A stretch of DNA of 64,000 bases from Cycas panzhihuaensis (taxonomy: Eukaryota > Plantae > Cycadophyta). The notes under the pieces are model-generated. The model was not told the origin of the DNA and made no database searches. It saw nothing but the letters and a program-made list of their open reading frames with translations. This document shows positions 38,474 to 54,700 of the stretch, piece by piece (positions within the stretch are counted from its first letter, which is position 1; each line of letters begins with the position of its first letter). The stretch covers positions 177,141,741-177,205,740 of the forward strand of contig CM041465.1 of assembly GCA_023213395.1 (NCBI GenBank), given 5' to 3'. The translations under genes and the position numbers were made by a program.

Positions 38474-40931
38474 TGGTTATTATCTATATCTATCTATTAT
38501 ATATTTATATTCATTGCTGTAATATTCCATTTTATATAAAAAATAATTTTCTTTTTTTAAATTTAAATACTTTTAACATTATAATAAAATAATATAAGTA
38601 TATAAAATAAGTATAGGTTTCTTTGTATAAAAATCAATGGTTAAGGGCAACCTTTCATGATATTCATCAAAATAGTACTAATCTGATATGATGCTCTTCT
38701 GTCCTAAAGGGGATGTAAACAATCTTTTAGAAAATAAAAGAAATTTAGATGTTGTATCATTATATGATTTCTATTAATTTTATAAGTGAATAACTATTTT
38801 AAGACATCCCTATTGAAGGGAAATAATTTCACTTGAATTAAGATATTAAAATATGTCCCCTTTTAGACCATATAGATATGAATACTTTTAATTTTTGTTG
38901 CATTACTAATCTTTACTTGTAAATAATTATTAGGTTGACTATACTGATACTTTGAAATTAGCATTTTTCATTTAACCCCATCACTTTGTGCCTATTAGTC
39001 TTTAGTTTTAAGGAGAGCCTTAATTTGTAAGAGATCAAATCCTATTTACCTACTATTATTATTAATAATGTGTAATAATAATTCTATTATTTATTCCTTA
39101 TTCTTACATTCTTTATAAAGATTATTCTATATTTGTCATTTATTTTGTATATTTTTATTTGAAGTTATATATTTTATTAATGTAAACTAGAAGTGTATTG
39201 GTTGCATCATATTTTGAGCATACCTAATTAGGGTTTATTAACATATCTTGAGTGGTGGTATGTAAAATTTTGGGTTAGAGTTTATGGTATTAGAAGTATA
39301 ATAGTAACTAGCATATAGTATATGAAGGTGATGTATCAACTTGTGATACACCTTATGCTCAAGTAGATAAGGTAGGTTTATATAATAAGCTAAGAGAAAA
39401 TTTAGTATGAACATCCTAAAAGGTCTAATTGCAAGATGTTATTATAAATTATTATCTTTTAAAGGATTTATTCTTCTTTGTTTTTGCACCTCCTCTTCCA
39501 TGGTGCTGTTTTAAAGCTATTATTACATATTCAAATTCCTTTCATTATTATTTCATTTTTATATCATAAATTACCTTAAGTTCATTACAAGTGATATGAG
39601 AACTTCATTAATGCTATTTTAACATGGAGTTTCTTAGATTTTAAGTTTTAGGCATTGGGGGACAAAATTCATAATAATGGACTACATATTAATATTAAAC
39701 ACATTTGTGCCGTAGTTTTTGTTCTATTACATTATACACTTTTGACAAATCTTGACTAGGATAGAGAAAATTAAATTTTGGCCTTTGAAGGGCACCATGT
39801 AGTCCTAAAAACATATTGCACAAAATTATGATCACTATGAGCTTTATAGTTTCCAAAGGACCTTAAATCATGCTTTTTTAGAGCATCTTAAAGCTACCTT
39901 TCTAATTAAGAAGATGGCACTCAATGTAGATGCTTAGAAGAAAAGTTAACATAATTTTTATAGGTGGAGGTATTATTGTCTAAAACCTTCAAATCTTTAG
40001 TGAATTTCTAAAGCATACTAGAAAAGTTAGGAAATTTTAAATTGCTTCAAACTAAATTTGTTGTAAGAATTTTTTTTTCTTTCTTTCTCTTTTCTCCTTT
40101 TTAATTTTATGTTCTAATTTTAAAACTAACTTATGCTTGATGGATAAAAGAAAAATTATGTTAATTTTAGTGGACAATTATATCTAAGTTAAAATTTATG
40201 TGACTTTCTATTGTAAACTTCTATAGTTATTAGTTAATTCCTATAAAAGTTTTAAATTTCCTTCTAAGGATATGAGAGATAGCCTTAGCCACTCTTACCA
40301 AAGATGGAGAAATTGGACCCAAGGTTTGGATTAACAAGTTTAAGGACCATTTAAACCTCAAGAATGGAGAGATGTACAATGCATACCATAATTATTTGAC
40401 TATATCTAAATTGGATTGCTTATGATTAGTATGAATAATAAGAAAAAAAAGCTAGTTAGTTCTTAATTAATTAGGATAATCTTAAGGATTATAACTTCAT
40501 GAAATATAATAGTAGTTAGACACTCATCCTTCTCCCATAGAGAAAGGGGTTATATAACTTGTTAGGAGGAATTTGTTAACATGGCTACCTCCTTTTTAAA
40601 GTGGTATGGGAAATAGGTTGCCTTTACAAGGAAAAAGCTTGAATAAGCGAACTCTTAAAGCGTAGCTAATGTCGTAACTTTATTAGAATCAAACCCATTT
40701 AGTAGGGACCTTTATGTTAAAATCTTGATAGTGCTTTATGTGGAAGTGAATTCATGTGATGTAACCAATTATATAGGATTATATAAAGTATGCATATCAA
40801 TAAGTAACTTCTATAAATAATAAATGAAATATGAATAATAAGATATTTAAGATAAGCATTCAAGCATACTAAAACCAAGTATACACTCATCAATATAACA
40901 ACATTCATACATAGAAAGATATCATTATAAG

Positions 40932-41472
<541 letters not shown>

Positions 41473-43237
41473 GGAAAACCATTAATAGAAAAAACTACTA
41501 GAGAAGGGTAGAGCTCATCTCTCTCTCATTATCTCAAGTTATGCTTTTGATATGTGTATATATTTGTAGATCCATTACCACACGTATATCCAATAGGATA
41601 TAAGAATAACATCAACTAATAAAATCATGCCGATACATAAACCACTTAAATCATGTATGGGAACTTTCTACATTAATCAATCATAACTTAAACACTAATT
41701 AAATATTATATCAACTTTTATAAAATTTAATATTTTAACACTCCCCCTTAATGTTTAATTTGTGAAACTTTCAAATGTCTTAATCTTCATGCTAGACCAC
41801 CTACTTATCATATGTCCTTATATTAAACCTATAAACACCAATCATCAAACTTGTCCTCATCATGCTTATTCTCCTATAAGTGCTATATTATCTCATATCA
41901 TATCATCATCATCATATCATATATCTCACCACTTATAAAATATCAATCAAACATGACTCGAACTCATTATAATATATGACATCTCTTCTTAACAACTTTA
42001 TATCTTTGATATATAAGATGTAAAATAAACTTATCAATCTATGATTATCAAACTAAATTACTAGTGTCCATATAAAACAACCATTTGCAAAAGTACGTGG
42101 GTAACCTATTGTTACAATTACTAATTAGCTATGAAGTATTTCATATATGTGGTTCATCACCTTCATTAATAATAATAATATACCTTAGAAATAAGTCACA
42201 CTACTTGGCTAGATAAATTCAATGTAATATGAGTTTCTTATGAATCTTCGCTTACCTCTTGTCCTACAAGATATGGGAAACTTATGTGTTACCTCGATTA
42301 GTAATTTTGTACATGGTAACTTTTATGATTTTCTTTGGAAATTAATCACTTTCAAATATCAAACCAACTAACTTTAAGAACATGATATACCATCTAATTG
42401 ATCAAGTATGTTGTAATAAGGTATTATATATAATGTGTTTCATGCCTTTTATCATACATGGTTATTAAATTTATAACTAAAAACATAGATTAACTAGGCT
42501 TCTTAATAACACATCCTAGTTTTATAGATTACCTACTATGATTATTATTAATCAATCAAATAATCAATCTTGTAAGACCTCTCATTATCTTATATTAGGT
42601 GGGTAATTTAATCAAATAATATTTATCCTTAACCAACAATAACTTTTTTTAAATCAATAATAATTTCTCAAATATATCAGGAGATATATTTTGTTATTCA
42701 TATATTCACTTAACCAAATTAGGTGATCATTACGTCTTTTTGTTTAATTAATGGTGGCCATAACACTACATCAAATGTGTCTTATTTATTAGAGGGATAA
42801 TCTCACTATTTTAACATGTATATACATTATTGATTATCTTTTCATCATTAAATAAATTCTTCTGTACTTCACATCATAAAGTTTAAGCTATAAAGTATAA
42901 TAAATGAGCCTTAATTCTTTATTTACTTGCATTTTTTCACCCAAACATATGTCTAAAATCATCATCATATACTTATTTGTATTAATATAAATTCAAAAGC
43001 GTTTAATATTAGTAAAAAAAATCCAAAATGTGTTTTAAATTGTACAAAAAATTCATTTGTAAATATGACAAAACTTACTTCCTCAACTTCATTGATTAAA
43101 ATTGGTATGATATAATGTCCAAAACATACCTCGCAATTATTCATTTTGTTTATCTTTAATTCTTCATTCCAATGCAATGCATAGATTAAAAAACTAACTT
43201 TTTATGAAAGAGTTATACCAAATAGAGTACTAATGAA

Positions 43238-46200
43238 TATTAGAATTTAGAATATTAGTCTAATACCATATTGTAATATATTTATTATGTGCAATGGAAG
43301 TACATCAAACATGTATAATCAATGAATCATATCATGGGAAATATATATAAATCTTATATGTAAGATTAACATATCAAGTAATAATATAAATCATAAGCTA
43401 TAAACAAATCAAGCATCTAATAATCAATTATCACAATAAATAATATATTTATATCTAGAGAACCGAGTGTGGAAAAAACCATGGGAGAAGGTTGGAGTTG
43501 GAAGCTCCTCTTTTGACATCAAATGAATTACATTTTCAAATGAATCTTTCCTCTCTTAATACTTTTTCAAGTTTTCAAGTTTTGTGTGTATATATTTATA
43601 TGAATAATCTCTTTATGAATAGCCTAAAATATCTCTTGATCCTTTTCATCTTCTAATAGGATATGTACATGAATAATTATGTATTTTACATCTCTTAATG
43701 CTTTTAGTGAGTAAGATTTTATATGGGTCTACTATATTATATTAAACATTAGATATATGATAATATCATAAATTTCAATACTCCCCCTTAATATTTAACA
43801 TCTTTAATTTATAGTCTTCATTTTCATCCTTGGTCTTCAATGTCTTATACTTTCTCAGTATACTAGAATCTATAAACTTATAACTTGTATAAATATATAT
43901 CAAATTAAATTAAGCTATACAACATGTGACCTATAAATTTCTCTACATTATATTTGTTTCTTGCAAGGATTAACCTATAAAATTTATTTAATCATATGTG
44001 ATCATCAATGATTAACTATGAATAACCAACTTATAAAAACTATATACCAATCATCAATCAACTAATCATAATTTATGACTTTCACTTGTCATATCTATAT
44101 GAAGTATTTTCCTAAATATCTTTATATCTTCACCTGTAAAGATGTTATTATATTATTTATACTCACAAAATAACACTTAGCTATTAGGCAAAATGCTATT
44201 ATAAGATTAATATAAAATATCTTACCATTTATATGCAAGATTAATAACATAATCTATGTGTTATACAAGAGTTGCTAGTGAAACCTTTTCTTACCTCTTG
44301 TATATAAGATAATCATTTATATTTTCTCATTTGTATATATATTAGCAACTTTCTTTTAGCAACCAATAATAGTTTATCAACATCATCAAATCAATCATCC
44401 AAACATACTAACTCTAGGAATATGGTGTACTACTTAGCCAAGATAAGTTAGTTGTAACAAGGTAATATAAATAATATATTTCCATGCCTCTTGTCATACA
44501 TGGCTAGTTAAATTTCTCATAAACAAACACATATCATATCAGCAAAATAACCTCAACAATTGAATTGGTGACATACAATCAACATTTATAAGACTTTTCT
44601 TTATTCTCCATGTCTCATAAAGAAGTGAAAATTTTATTTAATTATTATATCAACTTATCTCTCTAATAAATAAATAATCTGGGGTTCTTCATCAATATTA
44701 TATGGTCTCATTAATAATTAAATAAATGTTTAATAAATGGGTGAATATGACATTTAATTAGTGGTTTTAGTTTCACTAAATCAAATGTATAAATGCAAAG
44801 GTAGATTTTCATGTATAACGTATGTCATAAGATTTCCACATTAATTTCATATTAAATATATCCCATATCATAAAGTTTTCATCTATTTTAAGCTATAAAT
44901 TATTATAAATAAGCCTTAAATGTCTTTATTTTAAGCAAAGTTTTTTTTATTTATTAATCATTTATCATCAATAATATAATCATAATTTCTCGAGCCTTTG
45001 AAAACATTAGAATATGCTAAAATAGATCTAAAAAAAAAACCATAAAATATAACTTTTATGAAGTCAAAACCATTTTGCTAAACTTTACCCATTAAAATCT
45101 CTATTATCTTATCTATGAAATATGCCTTACAACCATTCATTTCATCTATCTTGAAATTCTCTTTCTAATGTAATTAATGAATTAAAAAATAGACACTCCA
45201 TTAAAAGCTTATCACTATAAAATCATTAGGATGTCATAGAAAAGTAAGCAACCCTTAAGAAAATGCTTTAAGCCCCTTTGGTATTGGGTTATTAGTTGTG
45301 TTGCTTCACTATATTACCATTTACCTAGGCTAAGGGGGCTATGTGAATTTGAAAAATTATAAAGTTTATCTTAATGCAAAATTGGCTTTGCAAAAAAATT
45401 CTAATTTATAATTCTTATTAAAAATAATTAAATTTAAAATAAACTTTACAATTTTTTTTTTACATTAATAAAAAATTCATTAACATGTTTGATTTTTGTG
45501 TGTCTAATTTTTCATCTATTCATCTACACAATTTTGATTAATTTCTTTGTGCGAGTGATATCATCTTTATGGCTCTTAGGTGATGATCTTAGGTGACTCT
45601 ATTTTCATGGTATGGGTGAATGCAGGTCTCTTTTTAGTGTGGTGATGATGATGGTGATTTTATAGTGGGCTATTCTCTTCACTCTATACTACACAAACTA
45701 CATGATGGTGTTAAATACTCCTCTTATAAATAAAGATTTTTAAAACTTGATTAGAAATGCTTCTTTGTGTACCATATAACTAATTTAATGGTAGTTCCAA
45801 CCTCATCTCTAGTTTCTCCAACACCTTTAATACCTACATCGATGATGCCAACCACACCAACTATTATGGCTAAACCTGATGTAGACCTAAAAGTATTGTA
45901 ATCAAACATAGACTATGTATGTAGGCTAGGAGTGGACTATAACCCTATTCAAGTAGGAGGTCCTTGTTTCACTTCTAATGCAAGTGTAGTCTATATTAGT
46001 TATACAATAAATATATTTTTACTCAAATAAGACCTAACTGATTGGTGGGAGATTCTTTAATATAAATGGTAAGACATATCCTCATATGTAGATGGTAGGG
46101 CAATTGCATATTAAGGCTCATATATATTTTAAATAAGGGACTTCATGCTATATTCTTCCCTTGACTCCATATGTTCTGATGGTGGAAATAATATTTCATT

Positions 46201-48003
46201 GTATACTCTTTATGAGCTTCGATAATACATGTTTCATCTTTGTTTGAGGGCTCAATTATGCTTACTCTTCTTTATTCATTCACTCTATATCTATATGCTA
46301 CAAGTATTTGACAACATTTTTCTATACTATGAGTTCTTCACTTATATAGGCTGTAACACATGCAAATTCAACCATAAATAATCTTATAATAATCATGCCT
46401 TTTAAACCCTTACATGTACAACAAACATAACAACCTAAGTAACATGGCTATAATTAAGTATTATGCCTATATATCAAATCAAATCATGGTGCCTTTTAAA
46501 ATATTACTTCATGCCATCTTCTTATAATTACTTCAAACCCTTGTTATCATTAATAATCATGCCCATATATTTTATCATGTGCCACATACCTTGCCAATCA
46601 AATCTTAATATGCCATAAATTTTTAGTAAATATACTCTTTTAATTTATCGTATTTCATATATCAAATACGTATCATAATTGTCATAATTCCACTTCAAAT
46701 TTATGTTGTAACATATCTTTATAAATTCTAAATCATACTACATATCACATTGTATAGGTCTATTACTTATTTGGCTTATTGATGAGTTTACTAGATTGCA
46801 TATCCTTCTTTATATTCTTTATTGAACCTTTATATTCATCTTTTTTTCACATCTCTGAATAACTAAAGTACTATAAAAATACCATAGACTAGAAGAAAAT
46901 CCATAGGCTAAAGTGGGCAAAATTTTTCATAAATAAAAACTAGGTAAGAGAGATGTCTTATCAATGCTTATATGATTTGCTTATGCTATTGTAAGGTTAG
47001 GTGAATTGATCCATTTTATAAATCTCAATCATGTTTGTAAGGGATTAATCTACATTGGTGAATTCAATTAGTAATAATATGTCCTTTATCATATCTAATG
47101 CACTTTTTAAACACCTACATGCTTTGAATATATAGGCCTACATATATTAATATATGTCCACATTAAATTCAATATTAATATACCATCAATTTTTGGCTTC
47201 AACATGCAACTTCATCTATATGTGGCTTCATCACTCTTGTATGTGGCTTTCATCACCTTCATCTTCTTCATCTAGCCCCAAAATCATAATCATATATCAC
47301 TGGCATAGCTAACATAATCAAAATTTTAGCTTAACAAAATATACCATAAATTATCTCCTATACTACCTTATATATTGGCTTTGTCACTAGCTTATTAATT
47401 AACTCATGTATAAGCTTCAATCTACTTCCATAAATCTTTTATAATATAGCTCTAATACCATATTGGAATTTAGAATTTCACTCTAATGCCATATTGTAAT
47501 GCATTTATTATATCTAGCAAAAGTATATCAAACATATATAATCAATGAATCATATTATGAAGAATATACATAAATCATCTATGTAAGATTAACATATCAA
47601 GCAACAATATGAATCATAAAGTATAAATAGATTAATCATGTAATAATCAATCACCACAAGAGACAATAGATTTATATATGGAAAACTTAGTGTGTTTAAA
47701 ACCATAAGAGAAGGTTAGAGTTGGGAGCTCCTCTTTTGATATCAAATGAATTACATTTCCAAATGAGTCCTTCCTCTCTTAATTTTGTATCAAATTCTCA
47801 AGTGGTGTGTGTACATATTTATATGAATAATCTCTTCATGAATAGCCTGAAATACCTCTTGAACCTTTTCATCATCTAATAGGATGTATATATGAATAAT
47901 TATATATTTTATATCTCTCAATACTTTTAGTGAGGGGGATTTTTTATGGGTTTATTATATTATATTAAATATTAGATATGTGATAATAGCACATATTCTA
48001 ACT
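43238..48003 (-). mobile_element. Nested non-autonomous LTR element related to its host element
   Basis: LTRs at 43238-43780 and 47461-48003. PPT CTCCCCCTTAA at 43781. PBS GCTCTAATACCA at 47449-47460. Imperfect TSD ATGAA/ATGCA. Internal 44150-44930 resembles 42200-42930. Confidence 0.8.
45797..46030 (+). pseudogene. Captured Pro/Thr linker plus X8 (CBM43) domain fragment of a beta-1,3-glucanase or X8 protein
   Basis: Reads PTSSLVSPTPLIPTSMMPTTPTIMAKPDVDLKVL*SNIDYVCRLGVDYNPIQVGGPCFTSNASVVYISYTIN. X8 consensus is WCVAKPxxxxxxLQxNIDYACGxGVDCxPIQxGGPCFxPNxxxxHASYAMN. Confidence 0.85.
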
Positions 48004-51000
48004 ATGCATCCTCTAAAAAATTAAATGAGATGAAAAATATCATAAAGCACCTTGAAAAATAAACATGATTACATATAACTATCCATATGATCACTTGTTA
48101 AGTGTTAGAGGGATAAAAAGTGGATTTCAAAATAAAAGCTAATTAGACTAAATGCAACATAAAAAATAAACTCATACTAAATTATTAATTTTTTATTGCC
48201 AATATATTTTAGGATTTGATTATAATGTAATTTTTTTGAGCTCATCAGTGATGAACTTATTTGTAATTGTGGATTTGTTATTGGTATCTACAATGGTAGA
48301 TTCATGATGCCATCTTTAACTACTCAAAACTATTTTACTATGGTTAAACCCTATAAATAGATCAAATTTGAGTGTTAGTATTTTTATAAGCATGGGCAAC
48401 AAATGTGTACCTTTTATTTACTTGATGTTTCATAATTTCTAAAATGGATTCTTATCCTTCATATTTATAATTTTTGGAGAAAAGGTAATTGATACCATAG
48501 CTCAAATAAACCATATCGATCGATTGTCTAAAAGAGGATTTTTTGGCTTTGATTTGTAAGAATATAGATAGAGGACTTGTATTTCTAGTAATATTTTTTT
48601 ATAGCCTAACATACTATAAACCAAATATTCATTTTTATACATCTTTTTGGCAAATTCTATTGTGATTTCATGAATCTACAAACTAAGAAAATGATGATAG
48701 ATCTAAATTTATTTAGTTAGCCCTCTATTTTTGTCTTGACCTTATAATCACCATTAATCTCTCACCTTTCATCCTCCATAATAAATTATTCTTTATTCAA
48801 ATGTAATCTATAATATCTTATCTCTATTTTAATTCTACATATTATTCCATTTTAGATTCACTCAACAAGGGTCTAAGAAACTTACTATATTCTACCTTGT
48901 TCCTTGGACTGCTTAGAACCTTATACCTACCGCTTTGTATACTTAAGTGTTTTAGTAGTAATCAACTACCTTATAATATCTCATAACATGTATATATACT
49001 ACCCAATAACCAAGCTTCTACCATAAATATATGATAACATCCAATAAATACATGCCAACTTTAATGCATCTCATACATATATCACACCATCTCTTAACCA
49101 GAAAACTCTTAACTATAACTTATGATAAACTCTTATTTTTGTTTAATATATAAACATACTTAGTACATATGCTTCATTTTACCACTAATGTGCCCTTTAA
49201 AGTGGCTTAAATATCATCTCAATTCCTGCTTCTTTAGCTTGTTGTATATTAACACTATATAGGCTTACTACCTATTTTTCACTTTTACGAATTGTGTGCT
49301 AACTTTTATCTCTCTCTTACAAGGTAATAAATCTTGCTTGGTTGATATCATCTTATGAACAAATCTTATCAAATACCTAAATGCTATGCATATTTAGAAT
49401 TACATGCATATAAATTTTTATAATAAATAAATAAATAAATATTATTGTTAACTTGAATGTGTGGTTTTTTAAATGTGGCCTTTATCATGCAAATCTTCAT
49501 CATCACTTTCAATGGGTTCCAATCTATAACCACATGTTTTTTATTGGCTTAATAATTCTTTGTCATACTAACTCCTAATATTGGTTAATACTAACTTAAT
49601 ATTAGCTCATATAATGCATGCATGTATCATCCTTGGATGATCAAGATTATCACCATATGCATGTGATCTTCATTGTTGTGCTTTACCCTACTTTGTCTCA
49701 TATAGGGTTAACTATATTTCCTACTTCCTATCTTAAGAACATATTACCTATGCTCTAATACCATAGTAAAAATTCTTAGATAAGCTCTGAAACTATGTAA
49801 AATTTTTATAGTGACTTATGTAGAAGTAAATTCATGCTATATAACCAAGTAGATAGGATTGTATGAAGCATTCATATTAATAAGCAACTTATATAAACAA
49901 TAAATGAAATGTGAATCGTGAGGTATTTAAGATAAGCATTCAAGAACATTAAAATAAAGTATATACACATCAATATAACAACATTTTACACATAGAAAGA
50001 TATCATCATAAAACACTAGATTTATATATAGAAACCCTTAAATAGGGTGAAGCTTAGCTTTTTTTCATTATCTCAAATTATTCTTTTGATATGTATATAT
50101 ATTTATAGATCTATCACCTCGTGTATATCCAATAGGATATAAGAACATCATCAACCAATGAAATTATATTGAGAACCTTTTACATCGACTAATCACAACT
50201 TGATCATTGATTAAACATTACATCAAATTTTATGAAATTCAATATTCTAATACTTTACACTCAAGTTGAATAGATAATTGATGATATAAAAATTAACAAG
50301 ATTAGAAGAGGTACAAGCATTCAATTATGAGCTTAAACACATAGGACCAACTAGGGTGATAGGTGATCTAAGTTGTTCTTCCATACCTTAAGGGGTAAGT
50401 ATACAATAAAGATCATTCACACTCTAAAAATCCCTTAAGGCAAGATCGTCTTATAGGATGTTTATAGTAAACCTAAACCAAATCAACCTTATTATTTATT
50501 TAAACTAAGTTGGTTTTATTATCTATCTTCATTTAAGCCAAGTCAATATTCATAAAATGATATATATAAATATATGAGTGTGATGTAAGCATTCTTATCT
50601 TTTTCTTTTTCTTTTTTAATAATGGAGTAATTTCCATTTTTTACACTTTGATGATATACTCTATCATTATCTACTATATATTTGTTATTATAATCTAGCT
50701 ATTATGATTTATCATTTATTATTATTTCAACTTGCTTTCTACTATTTACTATTAGAGGTTCACTATAATTCATATTAAAGTAGTCCATCCTAAGGATTGT
50801 ATGAAGCATCCTTCTATTGGCTCTAATTCATCACCCATAAAGTTTGTTCTTACCATTGTAACTATAATGACTATCACCATTTAGAGCTTACTAAAATTTA
50901 GGGGTATGATTGTCATTTCTTTCCTTAAGCATGCAGAGAGAGTAGCTCTAAAGTATAGGTCTATATACTCACCATCAATTAATTAATATTATTTTTATGT

Positions 51001-51737
51001 TTCTTTTAATCTTTAAGAAAAAAAATCAAATGATGAAGGATTTCATAAGAACATTTATTTTTTACTTTGATAGAGTGGAGATGAGTATTATTGGGAAACC
51101 ATGTGTAAAATTTATTAAGTAAATGTTTAAAACCATGAGGAATTTAAGATCCATTTAGAAATACCATTCTAATTTGCTAGAAATATTATTATGTTGAATA
51201 AGTAAGCAAAATTATTATTGATTGATTTTTTTAGTTAATTCATGATATTTTATCAAACCTTTAATAGATTTAATGATTAGATAAAGATAATGATTGTATG
51301 GTCTACATTTAAATAATCAACCCACTAAGTTTACTCAACTCATTTAATTTTAATTTTCCTTTTACAATTATAGGTAAAGTTATTGTTGTTAGTCATATAG
51401 TACTTGGTAGAGCATTAACTTGACATCCCTTTTTAGATTTATTAGAAGGTTTTACATTGATAGTGGGAATGCTATTATTATTCTTCGGTCTCCATGATGA
51501 ATATGTTTTCTAAAATAAACCTAACACTTAAGAAGCCTACAAGTTTTTAAAATGCATTTTATATAAGCCATAAATATTAAGAGGACTACTTCTAATGCAT
51601 AACAAAAGTGTGATGGCTAAGCATTTTCTATGGAAAGGGTCATTCTCTATAATCTATGTAATATTGAGAAGAAAAAATCTTCCATAATGATCAACATGAA
51701 TTTTAAACTTTGGGATTACCTCATTATCAAGTATAGA

Positions 51738-54700
51738 TGTTAAGGATCCAACCCCTAACTTACCTTCTCTTATATTCTCTTATATCTTCAACTTCTTCTC
51801 TCTCTTATCTTCTCTTATATCTTCTATTTCTTCTACCTTTTTCTTCTTCTTCATATCCCACATGCATAAGTAGAAGGTTATGTAGTGGTCATTGAGCACT
51901 ATATATATTCATGTAATATCCCATATGCATAAGGAGGAGGTTGTGTAGTGAGCATAGAGCCATATGTATATTTATGTAATCTTTAGAGTAGGGTATCTAA
52001 AATATCATTGTTATTGCATGTAATTGGGAGGTTGCCCTCTCAAAGGGTATTGCAATACAAGTGGTCTTTTAAAGTTATTTATATATTGTATTGGTGTGTA
52101 ATTGTTATTAAGGAGTGGTATCCTATCAAGTGGTATCAGAGCGGTTGATCTATACCTTGTGGAAGAGTCAAAGGTATTAAATAATCAATTTTTTCTCATC
52201 GGTACCTCTTCTCATTTAATTTCTACTTAGTTACTTTACTTTTTGGGGGTAGACATTATTGTAATTAGGTAACTACACTAACACTACCACCAAGTAATTT
52301 TCTTTTGCATTTAGATAGAGACCCTGTGCTAGGGGTCTATAAATATCATGAGGATCTATCATTTTGGGCTAATTGCATTATGGCTTTTCTGTTCCTTCCA
52401 TGAAGGAATGGAGATTATACTCCCGAATCAAGCCTTAGACAAAACTTGGCTATAGAATTGTATATCTACATACCTACGGGTATATAAGAGGACCCCCTAT
52501 ATAAGCCTTCCTAGTATAGGTAACCATAGGAAACCTATTAACCATCTATAATTTGTAATACATTAGTAAGTAGTTAGCCCCGAGAAGTTACTTTCTACAT
52601 AACCTAGAGATGGGGTAGTATGACTATAGAGCAGAGCATTAGCCTCTATAAGTTTATACTATTTATAACTAGGATCAGTATATCAGAGAGCCTACAAACT
52701 GGATAAGCCTATACCTAATGTACTCGTTTAGTTTATTAGTGGTTTGTGCACACCTAGTCGGTTAGTGAGTCAGTCATCATCAATTTGTTAAATTTAGTGT
52801 GCCTACCTAGCTTGCCATTAGTTCATGTACACATAGTCAGTCAGCCAGCCAATGACCAAAAAAGTAAAAAAAAAAATTAAATTAGATTTAAAAAAAATCA
52901 ATATTACCTTATTGTAAAATATTGGGGATAATAGCCTATAAATACCCCATCAAATCCCTTTCAACTTAGGTCTTATGAATAAATAGCCACTAAGATAAAC
53001 CTAAGCTAGACTCAAGATCTTAATGACGCTGTCACACAACTTCAAGGAGATATATTATAAATTCAAACTAACTTCAATGAAAAATTTAAGTAGTATGCTA
53101 GAGCTCACTGTCATGATACCTTTTAAGGAAGAAAAGATTGAATTGATAATACTACTCACATAAGTAGGGGTCACTTCACTAAAGAAGATGAAAGATAATG
53201 ACGACATGCGCTTCTGTCCTAACTTCCTTTCCAAGGTAGAAATCAAAAAGTTCAATGGCACATATGTGCATACTTAGATTGTTCAAATAGAACAATACTT
53301 TTCTCTTTATCAAGTTCCAGTAGACAAGAAGATCCCTCTTACTTCTCTACACATGGAACCTGAACCCTATTAATGGTACTAATGGGTTATGAAAATATAT
53401 GGTGGGATTAGTTATTAATAGGAAGGTTTTGTCAGGATCTTATAGCTCAATATGATAGTACTTGGGATCATGACCACTTTAACCAGTTAGCTAAAGTCAA
53501 ATAAGAAGGGACCGTTTTGGCTTATACAATAGAATACCAACATTTCTCCACAAGGATTGATGGTCTTTATCAAAATAAATTACTTGAGTTGTATATTGCT
53601 AGGTTACGAGATGAAATCATACACGAGTTGTAACTCCTAAAACCTAATAACATCTCTATATTTATCAAATTTAGTTGACATATTGAACTAATAAATAAGG
53701 TATCTCAACCCTTCCTGTGAACATTCCCAGAAAAAGGACCACAATTTTAGGTTCTTAGTGTGTGACGAATGACTTCTCAAGAGATGGATGATAAATGATT
53801 GAAAGGGTTATATTTTCATTGTAACCAAAAGTAGAATAAAAACTATAAGTGTCCTAAATGATGCTTATTTATAATTGAGGATGTCTAAGATGATGAACCA
53901 ATAGAGGAAGCCTCATTAGAGTTAGAACATAATGATTATAACCCACCTAAGAAGGAAGAAGAAGATATTGCTACTATATCTATATATGCCCTTGTTGGAA
54001 TTATAACCCCACAAACACTCAAACTTATTGGGTACATCAAGAAAAGGAAGGTGGTTATCCTCATAGATTCTAAGGGTACCCATAATTTCATTAATCAAAA
54101 ACTTACTAAAGAACTCAATTATTTTCCATATCATGTCAAAATTTTCCAGGTTATGGTGGCTAATAGAGGGACACTCTCTTGTGGGAAAAAATATCACAAC
54201 ATTAAGTTGCAAATGGGTGACTATCCCCTCTCTACTTCCATGTATGTCATTCTCGTTGGAGGAGTTAATGTTATATTAAGGGTACAATGGCTCAAACCAC
54301 TAGAGACCATTTAACTAAATATATATGAGCTCTTTATTTAATTTACTTCTGAAGGAATTAATTATCAATTGAATGGGATCATTCCTCCTCTAACCCAAAT
54401 CATCATCTCACATCGTATGGAGAGGCTTATTAAAAATGGTGGTACATGAATCATTGCCAAATGTTATGCTTTAGATCGTCAGGAACTTCCAATAGAAGGG
54501 GACATTCTCTAAGATGATGGTATACCAAATGACTTAAAATTGGTACTTCACTATCGCAATTGGGTTTTTCAAGATATTCCTCAAGGTCTTCCCCTAGTAC
54601 GTGACCAAGATCATAGCATTAACCTAATAGTTAAAAGCAATCCTCCTTGTATTTGACCATACTAGTATCCTTACCAATAAAAGAATGAAATTAAACAACT

